NCBI RefSeq assembly: GCF_009914755.1
Contig: NC_060933.1
Reading direction: 5' to 3' (one strand)
From: the human T2T-CHM13v2.0 reference genome, Homo sapiens
DNA length: 64,000 nt
Positions within the stretch are counted from its first letter, which is position 1; every line of letters starts with the position of its first letter. The notes beneath the pieces are model-generated. The model had not been told where the DNA came from, made no database searches, and was given only the letters and a program-made list of their open reading frames with translations. Made by a program: the position numbers and the translations under genes. This document shows positions 1 through 12,353 of the stretch, one piece after another.

Positions 1-1850
1 AGGGAATTGAATAGAATCAATCCGAATGTAATGGAATGGAATGGAATGAAATGGAATGGAATGGAATGGAATGGAATCAACCCGAGTGCAATGGAATGGA
101 TTCGAATGGAATGGAATGGAATGGATTCAAGAAGAATGGAATGGAAAGGAATGGAATCAACCCGAGTGTAATGGCATGGAATGGAATGGAATGGAATGGG
201 ATGGAATGGAATGTTACGGAATAGAATGGAATGGAATGAAATGGAATGGAATGGAATGGAATGAAATGGAATGGAATGGAATGGAATGAACCCGTGTGCA
301 ATGGAATGGAATGGAATGGAATGGATTCAGCTCGAATGGAATCAACTCGATTGCAATGGAATGGAATGGAATGGAAAGGAATAGAATGGAATCAACCCGA
401 GTGGAATGGAATGGAAAGGACTGGAATGGAGTGGAATGGAATGGAATGGAATTAACCCGAATAGAATGGAATGGAATGGAATGGAACGGAATGTAATGGA
501 ATGGAATGGAATGGAATCAACCCGAGTGCAGGGGATTGGAATGGAATGGAATGCAATGGAATGGAATCATCCGAAATGGAATGGAAAGGAATGGAATGGA
601 ATGGAATGGAATGGAATGGAATGGAATGGAATGGAATCAACTCGATTGCAATCGAATGGAATGGAATGGAATTAACCCAAATAGAATGGAATGGAACGGA
701 ATGGAACGGAACGGAATGGAATGTAATGGAATGGAATGGAACGGAAAGGAATGGAATGGAATGGAATGGAATGGAATGGAATGGAATCAACGCGAGTGCA
801 GGGGAATGGAATGGATTCAAATGGAATGGAATGGAATGGAATGCAATCAACCCAAGTGCAGGGGAATGTAATGGAACGGAATGCAATGGAATGGAATCAT
901 CCGGAATGGAATGGAATGGAATGGAATGGAATGGAATGGAATGCAATAGAATGGAATGGAGTGGAATGGAATGGAATGGAATGGAATGTAGTGGAATGGA
1001 ATGGAATGGAATGGAACAACCCGAATTGAATGGAATGTAATGGAGAGTAAGGGAGTTGAATAGAATCAATCCGAATATAATGGCATGGAATGGAACGGAA
1101 TGGAATGGAATGGAATGGAATGGAATGGAATGGAATGCAATGGAATGGAATCAACCCGAGTAGAATGGAATGGAAAGGAATGGAATGGAATGCAAATGAA
1201 TGGAATGGAATCAACCCGAGTGCAATGGAATGGAGAGGAATGGAATGGAATGGAATGGAAAGTACCCGAATGGAATGGAATGTAATGGAGTGTAAGGGAA
1301 TTGAATAGAATCAATCCGAATGTAATGGAATGGAATGGAACGGAATGGAATGGAATGGAATGGAATGGAATGGAATGCAATGCAATGGAATCAACCTGAC
1401 TGCAATCGAATGGAATCGAATGGAATGGAATGCAATGGAATGGATTCAACTTGAATGGAATGGAAAGAATGGAATCAACACGAGTGGAATGGCATGGATT
1501 GGAATGGAATGGAATGGAATCAACACGAGTAAAGGGGAATGGAATGGAATGGCATGCAATGGAATGGAATCATCTGTAATGGAATGGAAAGGAATGGAAT
1601 GGAATGGAATGGAACGGAAATCCATGGAATGGAATCAACTCGATTGCAATCGAAAGGAATGGAATGGAATTAAACCGAATAGAACGGAATGGAATGGAAT
1701 GGAACGGAACGGAATGGAATGGAATGGAATGGAAAGGAATGGAATGGAATGGAACGGAACGGGACGGAATGGAATGGAATGGAATGGAATGGAATGGAAT
1801 GGAATCAACGCGAGTGCAGGGGAATGGAATGGAATGGAATGCAATGGAAT

Positions 1851-1865
1851 GGAATCTTCCGGAAT
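1851..1865. promoter_or_regulatory. Canonical three-unit heat-shock element (nGAAnnTTCnnGAAn); representative of ~35 copies
   Basis: GGAATCTTCCGGAAT = gGAAtcTTCcgGAAt. Other copies at e.g. 2241, 5908, 6976, 9962, 11821, 22379, 38871, 41292, 48841, 61502. HSF1 binding to Sat III is established, but occupancy of these particular sites is inferred. Confidence 0.6.
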
Positions 1866-2725
1866 GGAATGGAATGGAATGGAATGGAATCAACTCGATT
1901 TCAATGGAATGGAATGGAATGGAATGGAATCAACTCGATTTCAATGGAATGGAATGGAATGGAATGGAATCAACTCGATTGCAATCGAATGGAATGGAAT
2001 GTAATTAACCCGAATAGAATGGAATGGAATGGAATGGAACGGAACGGAATGGAATGGAATGGAATGGAATGGAATGTAATGGAACGCAACGGAATGGAAT
2101 GGAATGTAATGGAATGGAATGGAATGAAATTCAATGGAATTAACCCGAATACAATGGAATGGAATGGAATGGAATGGAGTGGAATGGAATGGAATCAACC
2201 CGAGTTCAGGGGAATGGAATGGAATGGAATGCAGTGGAATGGAATCTTCCGGAATGGAATGGAATGGAGTGAAATGCAATGGATTCAACTCGATTGCAAT
2301 GGAATGGAATAGAATGGAATGGAATGGAATGGAATGGAATGGAATTAACCCGAATAGAATGGAATGGAACGGAATGGAACGGAATGGAATGGAATGGTAT
2401 GGAATGGAATGGAATGGTACGGAATAGAATGGAATAGAACGAATTGTAATGGAATGGAATTGAATGGAATGGAATGGAATGGAATGGAATGGAATGGAAT
2501 GGAATGGAATGCAATGGAATGGAATCAAACCGAGTACAATGGAATGGAATGGAATGGAATGGCTTCAAACCGAATGGAATGGAAAGGAATGGAATCAACA
2601 CGAGTGGAATGGAATGGAATGGAATGGAATGGAATGGAATGGAATGGTACGGAATAGAATGGAATGGAACGAAATGGAATGGAATGGAATGGAATGGAAT
2701 GGAATGGAATGGAATGGAAAGGAAT

Positions 2726-2830
2726 CGTTCCGAGTGGAATAGGAGGGAATGTATTCGAGTGGAATGGAAAGGAATGGAATCAACCAGAGTGGAATGGAAG
2801 GGAATGGAATGGAATGGAAACTAATAGAAT
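2726..2830 (+). repeat. High-complexity landmark module CGTTCCGAGTGGAATAGGAGGGAATGTATTCGAGTGG...CAACCAGAGT...GGAAACTAATAG; representative of 15 copies
   Basis: Marked by the MYSSG ORF starts at 2749, 10815, 15042, 19404, 24890, 27163, 32260, 37296, 40401, 42154, 43209, 44942, 50681, 53256, 57831. Confidence 0.9.
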
Positions 2831-5800
2831 GGAATCAACCCGAGTGGAATGGAATGGAAAGGAATGGAATGGAATGGAATGGAATCAACTCGATTGGAAT
2901 GGAATGGAATGGAATGGAATGGAATGGAATGGAATGGAATCAAATTAACCCGAATACGATGGAATGGAGTGGAATGGAACGGAATGGAGTGGAATGGAAT
3001 GGAATCAAACAGAGTGCAGGGGAATGGAATTGAATGGAATGCAATGGAATGGAATCATCCGGAATGGAATGGAATGGAATGGAATGCAAAGCAATGGAAT
3101 CAAATCGATTGCAATGGAATGGAATGGAATGGAAAGGAATAGAATGGAATCAACCCGAGTGGAATGGAATGGAAAGGACTGGAATGGAGTGGAATGGAAC
3201 GGACTGGACTGGAATGGAATGGAATGGAATCAACTCGATTGGAATGGAATGGAATGGAACGGAATGGAATGGAATGGAATAGAATGGAATTAACCCGAAT
3301 AGAATGGAATGGAATGGAATGGAACGGAATGGAACGGAATGGAATGGAATGGAAAGGACCGAATGGAATGGAATGGAATGGAATGGAATCAACTCGATTG
3401 TAATGGAATGGAATGGAATGGAATGGAATGGAATGGAATGGAATGGAATTAACCCGAATACAATGGAATGGAATGGAATGGAATGGAATGGAGTGGAATG
3501 GAATGGAATCAACCCGAGTTCAGGGGAATGGAACGGAATGGAATGCAATGGAATGGAATCATCCGGAATGGAATGGAATGGAATGGAATGCAAAGCAATG
3601 GAATCAACTCGATTGCAATGGAATGGAATGGAATGGAAAGGAATAGAATGGAATCAACCCGAGTGGAATGGAAAGGAAAGGACTGGAATGGAGTGGAATG
3701 AAATGGAATGGAATGGAATGGAATCAACTCGATTGGAATGGAATGGAATGGAATGGAATGGAATGGAATGGAATGGAATGGAATGGAATGGAATTAAACC
3801 GAATAGAATGGAATGGAATGGAATAGAACTTAATGGAATGGAATGGAATGGAATGGAATGGAATGGAATGGAATCAACCCGACTGCAGCGGAATGGAATG
3901 GAATGGAATGCAATGGAATGGAATCATCCGGAACGGAATGGAATGGAATGGAATGGAATCAACTCGATTGCAATGGAATGGAATGGAATGGAATGGAATG
4001 GAATTAACCCGAATAGAATGGAATGGAATGGAATGGAAAGGAATGGAAGGGAATGGAATGGAATGTAATCAACCCGAGTGCAGGGGAATGGAATGGAATG
4101 GAATGCAATGGAATGGAATCATCCGGAATGGAATGGAATGGAATGGAATGCAATCAACCCGATGCAGTGGAATGGAGTGGAATGGAATGGAATGGAATGG
4201 AAACATCCCGAATGGAATGGAATGTAACGGAGTGTAAGGGAAGTGAATAGAATCAATCCGAATGTAATGGAAAGGAATGGAATGAAATGGAATGGAATGG
4301 AATGGAATGGAATCAACCCGAGTGCAATGGAATGGATTCGAATGGAATGGAATGGAATGGAATGGATTCAAGAAGAATGGAATAGAAAGGAATGGAATCA
4401 ACCCGAGTGTAACGGCATGGAATGGAATGGAATGGAATGGGATGGAATGGAATGGTACGTAATAGAATGGAATGGAATGAAATGGAATGGAATGGAATGG
4501 AATGAAATGGAGTGGAATTGAATGGAATGAACCCGTGTGCAATGGAATGGAATGGAATGGAATGGAATGGAATGGATTCAACTCGAATGGAATCAACTCG
4601 ATTGCAATGGAATGGAATGGAATGGAAAGGAATAGAATGGAATCAACCCGAGTGGAATGAAATGGAAAGGACTGGAATGGAGTGGAATGGAATGGAATGG
4701 AATTAACCCGAATAGAATGGAATGGAATGGAATGGAACGGAATGTAATGTAATGGAATGGAATGGAATCAACCCGAGTGCAGGGGAATGGAATGGAATGG
4801 AATTCAATGGAATGGAATGGAATGGAATCAACTCGATTTCAATGGAATGGAATGGAATAGAATGGAATGGAATTAACACGAATAGAAAGGAATGGAATGG
4901 AATGGAATGGAACAGAAAGGAATGGAATGGAATGGAATCGAATCAACCCAAGTGCAGGGGAATGGAATGGAATGGAATTCAATGGAATGGAATAATCCGG
5001 AATGGAATGGAATGGAATGGAATGGAACGGAATGGAATGGAATGTAATGGAATGGAATGGAATCAACCCGAGTGCAATGGAATGGAGAGGAATGGAATGG
5101 AATGGAATGGAAACTACCCGAATGGAATGGAATGTAATGGAGTGTAAGGGAATTGAATAGAATCAATCCGAATGAAATGGAATGGAACGGAATGAAATGG
5201 ACTGGAATGGAATGGAATGGAATCAATCCGAATGTAAAGGAATGGAATGGAATGAAATGGAATGGAATGGAATGGAATCAACCCGAGTGCAATAGAATGG
5301 AGTGAAATGGAATGGAATGGAATGGAAACAACCAGAATGGATTGGAATATAATGGAGTGTAAGGGAATTGAATAGAATCAATCTGAATGTAATGAAATGG
5401 AATGGAACGGAATGGAATGGAATGGAATGCAATGGAATGGAATCAACCCGAGTGCTATCGAATGGAATCGAATGGAATGGAATGCAATGGAATGGATTCA
5501 ACTTGAATGGAATGGAAAGAATGGAATCAACAGGAGTGGAATGGCATGGATTGGAATGGAATGGAATGGAATCAATCAGGGTACAGGGGAATGGAATGGA
5601 ATGGAATGCAATGGAATGGAATCATCCGTAATGGAATGGAAAGGAATGGAATGGAATGGAATGGAATAGAATGGAATGGAATGGAATGGAATCAACTCGA
5701 TTGCAATCGAATGGAATGGAATGGAGTTTACCCGAATAGAATGGAATGGAATGGAATGGAACGGAATGGAATTGAATGGAATGGAATGGAATGGAATGGA

Positions 5801-7562
5801 ATGGAATGGAATGGAATGGAACAGAACGGAATGGAATGGAACGGAATGGAATGGAATGGAATTAACGCGAGTGCAGGGGAATGGAATGGAATGGAATGCA
5901 ATGGAATGGAATCTTCCGGAATGAAATGGAATGGAATGGAGTTGAATGGAATGGAATGGAATGGAATGGAATCAACCCGAGTACAGGGGAATGGAAAGGA
6001 ATGTAATGCAATGGAATGGAATCATCCGTAATGGAATGGAAAGGAATGGAATGGAATGGAATGGAATGGAATGGAATGGAATGGAACGGAACGGAACGGA
6101 ACGGAACGGAATGGAATGGAATGGAATGGAATGGAATGGAATTGTATGGAATGGAATGGTACGGAATAGAATGGAATGGAAAGAATTATAATGGAATGGA
6201 ATCGAATGGAATGGAATGGAATGGAATGGAATCAACCCGAGTGCAGGGGAATGTAATGGAACGGAATGCAATGGAATGGAATCATCCGGAATGGAATGCA
6301 ATGGAATGGAATGGAATGAAATGGAATGGAATCAACCCGAGTGCAATGGAATGGAGTGGAATGGAATGGAATGGAATGGAACAACCCGAATGGAATGGAA
6401 TGTAATGGAGAGTAAGGGAGTTGAATAGAATCAATCCGAATGTAATTTAATGCAATGGAATGGAATGGAATGGAATGGAATGGAATGGAATGGAATGGAA
6501 TGGAATGCAATTAAATGGAAACAACCCGACTGCAATCGAATGGAATGGAATGGAATGGAATGCAATGGAATGGATTCAACTTGAATGGAATGGAAAGAAT
6601 GGAATCAACACGAGTGGAATGGCATGGATTGGAATGGAATGGAATGGAATCAACCCGAGTACAGGGGAATGGAATGGAATGGAATGCAATGGAATGGAAT
6701 CATCTGTAATGGAATGGAAAGTAATGGAATGGAATGGAATGGAATGGAATGGAATTAACTCGATTGCAATCGAAAGGAATGGAATGGAATTAACCCGAAT
6801 AGAATGGAACGGAATGGAATGGAACGGAACGGAATGGAATGGAATGGAATGGAATGGAATGCAATGGAACGGAACGGAACGGAACGGAACGGAATGGAAT
6901 GGAATGGAATGGAATGGAATGGAATGGAATCAACGCGAGTGCAGGGGAATGGATTGGAATGGAATACAATGGAATGGAATCTTCCGGAATGGAATGGAAT
7001 GGAATGGAAAGGAATGGAATGCAATGCAATGGATTCAACTCGACTGCAATGGAATGGAATAGAATGGAATGGAATGGAATGGAATGGAATTAACCCGAAT
7101 AGAATGGAAAGGAATGGAATGGAAAGGAATGGAAGGGAATGGAATGGAATGGAATGGAATGGAATGGTATGGAATGGAATGGAATCGAATGGTACGGAAT
7201 AGAATGGAATGGAACGAATTGGAAAGGAATGGAATGGAATGGAATCAACCCGAGTGCAATGGAATGGAGTGGAATGGAATGGAATGGAATGGAATGGAAC
7301 AACCCGAATGGAATGGAATGTAATGGAGAGTAAGGGAGTTGAATAGAATCAATCCGAATGTAATGGAATGTAATGGAACGGAATGGAATGGAATGCAATG
7401 GAATGGAATCAACCCGAGTACAATGGAAAGGAATGGAATGGAATGCAATGGTATGGAATGGAATGGAATTGAATGGAATGGAATGACTTCAAACCGAATG
7501 GAATGGAAAGGAATGGAATCAACACGAGTGGAATGGAATGGAATGGAATGGAATGGAGTGTA

Positions 7563-10500
7563 AGGGAATTGAATAGAATCAATCCGAATATAATGGAATG
7601 GAATGGAATGAAATGGAATGGAATGGAATGGAATGGAATCAACCCGAGTGCAATGGAATGGATTCGAATGGAATGGAATGGAATGGATTCAAGAAGAATG
7701 GAATGGAAAGGAATGGAATCAACCCGAGTGTAATGGCATGGAATGGAATGGAATGGAATGGGATGGAATGGAATGTTACGGAATAGAATGGAATGGAATG
7801 AAATGGAATGGAATGGAATGCAATGAAATGGAATGGAATGGAATGGAATGAACCCGTGTGCAATGGAATGGAATGGAATGGAATGGATTCAGCTCGAATG
7901 GAATCAACTCGATTGCAATGGAATGGAATGGAATGGAAAGGAATAGAATGGAATCAACCCGAGTGGAATGGAATGGAAAGGACTGGAATGGAGTGGAATG
8001 GAATGGAATGGAATTAACCCGAATAGAATGGAATGGAATGGAATGGAACGGAATGTAATGGAATGGAAAGGAATGGAATCAACCCGAGTGCAGGGGATTG
8101 GAATGGAATGGAATGCAATGGAATGGAATCATCCGAAATGGAATGGAAAGGAATGGAATGGAATGGAATGGAATGGAATGGAATGGAATGGAATGGAATG
8201 GAATGGAATGGAATCAACTCGATTGCAATCGAATGGAATGGAATGGAATTAACCCAAATAGAATGGAATGGAACGGAATGGAACGGAACGGAATGGAATG
8301 TAATGGAATGGAATGGAACGGAAAGGAATGGAATGGAATGGAATGGAATGGAATGGAATGGAATCAACGCGAGTGCAGGGGAATGGAATGGATTCAAATG
8401 GAATGGAATGGAATGGAATGCAATCAACCCAACTGCAGGGGAATGTAATGGAATGGAATGCAATGGAATGGAATCATCCGGAATGGAATGGAATGGAATG
8501 GAATGGAATGGAATGGAATGCAATGGAATGGAATGGAGTGGAATGGAATGGAATGGAATGGAATGTAGTGGAATGGAATGGAATGGAATGGAACAACCCG
8601 AATTGAATGGAATGTAATGGAGAGTAAGGGAGTTGAATAGAATCAATCCGAATATAATGGCATGGAATGGAACGGAATGGAATGGAATGGAATGGAATGG
8701 AATGCAATGGAATGGAATCAACCCGAGTAGAATGGAATGGAAAGGAATGGAATGGAATGGAAATGAATGGAATGGAATCAACCCGAGTGCAATGGAATGG
8801 AGAGGAATGGAATGGAATGGAATGGAAAGTACCCGAATGGAATGGAATGTAATGGAGTGTAAGGGAATTGAATAGAATCAATCCGAATGTAATGGAATGG
8901 AATGGAACGGAATGGAATGGAATGGAATGGAATGGAATGGAATGCAATGCAATGGAATCAACCTGACTGCAATCGAATGGAATCGAATGGAATGGAATGC
9001 AATGGAATGGATTCAACTTGAATGGAATGGAAAGAATGGAATCAACACGAGTGGAATGGCATGGATTGGAATGGAATGGAATGGAATCAACCCGAGTACA
9101 GGGGAATGGAATGGAATGGAATGCAATTTAATGGAATCATCCGTAATGGAATGGAAAAGAATGGAATGGAATGGAATGGAATGGAATCAACTCGATTGCA
9201 ATCGAATGGAATGGAATGGAATTAACCCGAATGGAATGGAATGGAATGGAATGGAACGGAACGGAATGGAATGGAATGGAATGGAATGGAACGGAAAGGA
9301 ATGGAATGGAATGCAATGGAATGGAATCAACCCGAGTGCAATGGAATGGAGAGGAATGGAATGGAATGGAATGGAAAGTACCCGAATGGAATGGAATGTA
9401 ATGGAGTGTAAGGGAATTGAATAGAATCAATCCAAATGTAATGGAATGGAATGGAACGGAATGGAATGGAATGGAATGGAATGCAATGGAATGGAATCAA
9501 CCTGACTGCAATCGAATGGAATCGAATGGAATGGAATGCAATGGAATGGATTCAACTTGAATGGAATGGAAAGAATGGAATCAACACGAGTGGAATGGCA
9601 TGGATTGGAATGGAATGGAATGGAATCAACACGAGTACAGGGGAATGGAATGGAATGGCATGCAATGGAATGGAATCATCTGTAATGGAATGGAAAGGAA
9701 TGGAATGGAATGGAATGGAACGGAAATCCATGGAATGGAATCAACTCGATTGCAATCGAATGGAATGGAATGGAATTAAACCGAATAGAACGGAATGGAA
9801 TGGAATGGAACGGAACGGAATGGAATGGAATGGAATGGAAAGGAATGGAATGGAATGGAACGGAACGGGACGGAATGGAATGGAATGGAATGGAATGGAA
9901 TGGAATGGAATGGAATCAACGCGAGTGCAGGGGAATGGATTGGAATGGAATGCAATGGAATGGAATCTTCCGGAATGGAATGGAATGGAATGGAATGGAA
10001 TGGAATCAACTCGATTTCAATGGAATGGAATGGAATGGAATGGAATCAACTCGATTGCAATCGAATGGAATGGAATGTAATTAACCCGAATAGAATGGAA
10101 TGGAATGGAATGGAACGGAACGGAATGGAATGGAATGGAATGGAATGGAATGGAATGGAACGCAACGGAATGGAATGGAATGGAATGGAATGAAATGGAA
10201 TGGAATTAACCCGAATACAATGGAATGGAATGGAATGGAACGGAATGGAGTGGAATGGAATGGAATCAACCCGAGTTCAGGGGAATGGAATGGAATGGAA
10301 TGCAGTGGAATGGAATCTTCCGGAATGGAATGGAATGGAGTGAAATGCAATGGATTCAACTCGATTGCAATGGAATGGAATAGAATGGAATGGAATGGAA
10401 TGGAATGGAATGGAATGGAATTAACCCGAATAGAATGGAATGGAACGGAATGGAACGGAATGGAATGGAATGGTATGGAATGGAATGGAATGGTACGGAA

Positions 10501-12353
10501 TAGAATGGAATGGAACGAATTGTAATGGAATGGAATGGAATGGAATGGAATGGAATGGAATGGAATGGAATGCAATGCAATGGAATGGAATCAAACCGAG
10601 TACAATGGAATGGAATGGAATGGAATGGAATGGAATGGCTTCAAACCGAATGGAATGGAAAGGAATGGAATCAACACGAGTGGAATGGAATGGAATGGAA
10701 TGGAATGGAATGGTACGGAATAGAATGGAATGGAACGAAATGGAATGGAATGGAATGGAATGGAATGGAATGGAATGGAATGGAAAGGAATCGTTCCGAG
10801 TGGAATAGGAGGGAATGTATTCGAGTGGAATGGAAAGGAATGGAATCAACCAGAGTGGAATGGAAGGGAATGGAATGGAATGGAAACTAATAGAATGGAA
10901 TCAACCCGAGTGGAATGGAATGGAAATTAATGGAATGGAATGGAATGGAATCAACTCGATTGGAATGGAATGGAATGGAATGGAATGGAATGGAATGGAT
11001 TGGAATCAAATTAACCCGAATACGATGGAATGGAGTGGAATGGAACGGAATGGAGTGGAATGGAATGGAATCAAACAGAGTGCAGGGGAATGGAATTGAA
11101 TGGAATGCAATGGAATGGAATCAAATCGATTGCAATGGAATGGAATGGAATGGAAAGGAATTGAATGGAATCAACCCGAGTGGAATGGAATGGAAAGGAC
11201 TGGAATGGAGTGGAATGGAATGGACTGGACTGGAATGGAATGGAATGGAATGGAATCAACTCGATTGGAATGGAATGGAATGGAACGGAATGGAATGGAA
11301 TGGAATAGAATGGAATTAACCCGAATAGAATGGAATGGAATGGAATGGAATGCAATGGAATGGAAACAACCCGACTGCAATCGAATGGAATCGAATGGAA
11401 TGGAATGCAATGGAATGGATTCAACTTGAATGGAATGGAAAGAATGGAATCAACACGAGTGGAATGGCATGGATTGGAATGGAATGGAATGGAATCAACC
11501 CGAGAACAGGGGAATGGAATGGAATGGAATACAATGGAATGGAATCATCTGTAATGGAATGGAAAGTAATGGAATGGAATGGAATGGAATGGAATGGAAT
11601 GGAATGGAATTAACTCGATTGCAATCGAAAGGAATGGAATGGAATTAACCCGAATAGAATGGAACGGAATGGAATGGAACGGAACGGAACGGAATGGAAT
11701 GGAATGGAATGGAATGGAACGGAACGGAACGGAACGGAACGGAATGGAATGGAATGGAATGGAATGGAATGGAATCAACGCGAGTGCAGGGGAATGGATT
11801 GGAATGGAATACAATGGAATGGAATCTTCCGGAATGGAATGGAATGGAATGGAAAGGAATGGAATGCAATGCAATGGATTCAACTCGATTGCAATGGAAT
11901 GGAATAGAATGGAATGGAATGGAATGGAATGGAATTAACCCGAATAGAATGGAATGGAATGGAATGGAAAGGAATGGAAGGGAATGGAATGGAATGGAAT
12001 GGAATGGAATGGTATGGAATGGAATGGAATCGAATAGTACGGAATAGAATGGAATGGAACGAATTGGAAAGGAATGGAATGGGATGGAATCAACCCGAGT
12101 GCAATGGAATGGAGTGGAGAGTAAGGGAGTTGAATAGAATCAATCCGAATGTAATGGAATGTAATGGAACGGAATGGAATGGAATGCAATGGAATGGAAT
12201 CAACCCGAGTACAATGGAATGGAATGGAATGGAATGGAATGGTATGGAATGGAATGGAATTGAATGGAATGGAATGACTTCAAACCGAATGGAATGGAAA
12301 GGAATGGAATCAACACGAGTGGAATGGAATGGAATGGAATGGAATGGAGTGTA
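7563..12353 (+). repeat. Short higher-order unit (4.79 kb; A+C, lacking block B, with an internal ~0.55 kb duplication)
   Basis: Same ordered markers as 1-3310, then jumps at ~11340 to GGAAACAACCCGACTGCAATCG (homologous to ~6517). CAACCTGACTGC occurs twice (~8959, ~9498). Confidence 0.8.

Larger units (their letters stand above)
1..7562 (+). repeat. Long higher-order unit (~7.56 kb; blocks A 1-3310, B ~3310-6500, C ~6500-7562)
   Basis: Start motif AGGGAATTGAATAGAATCAATCC followed by GGATTCAAGAAG, TGTTACGG and CAGCTCGA recurs at 7563, 12354, 16631 and 28747. ORF 36..224 is repeated near-identically at 7598, 12389 and 16666. Confidence 0.85.

Noticed and set aside
9-25. GAATAGAATCAATCC as a DUX4 site
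   Set aside because: Only a partial match to TAAYYYAATCA, lacking the leading TAA and the pyrimidine run; DUX4 targets are mainly HSat2.
528-540. G-quadruplex from CAGGGG words
   Set aside because: The G4 tracts are isolated, tens to hundreds of bp apart, and the backbone has only GG doublets.
1856-1865. TTCCGGAA as a STAT (GAS) or ETS site
   Set aside because: GAS needs TTC-N3/N4-GAA and the spacer here is 2; ETS prefers CCGGAAGT. The HSE reading fits better.
2726-2830. AGGAGG Shine-Dalgarno-like sequence just before ATG (MYSSG ORFs)
   Set aside because: A chance product of a purine-rich diverged pentamer module in eukaryotic satellite; the downstream frame is repeat peptide.
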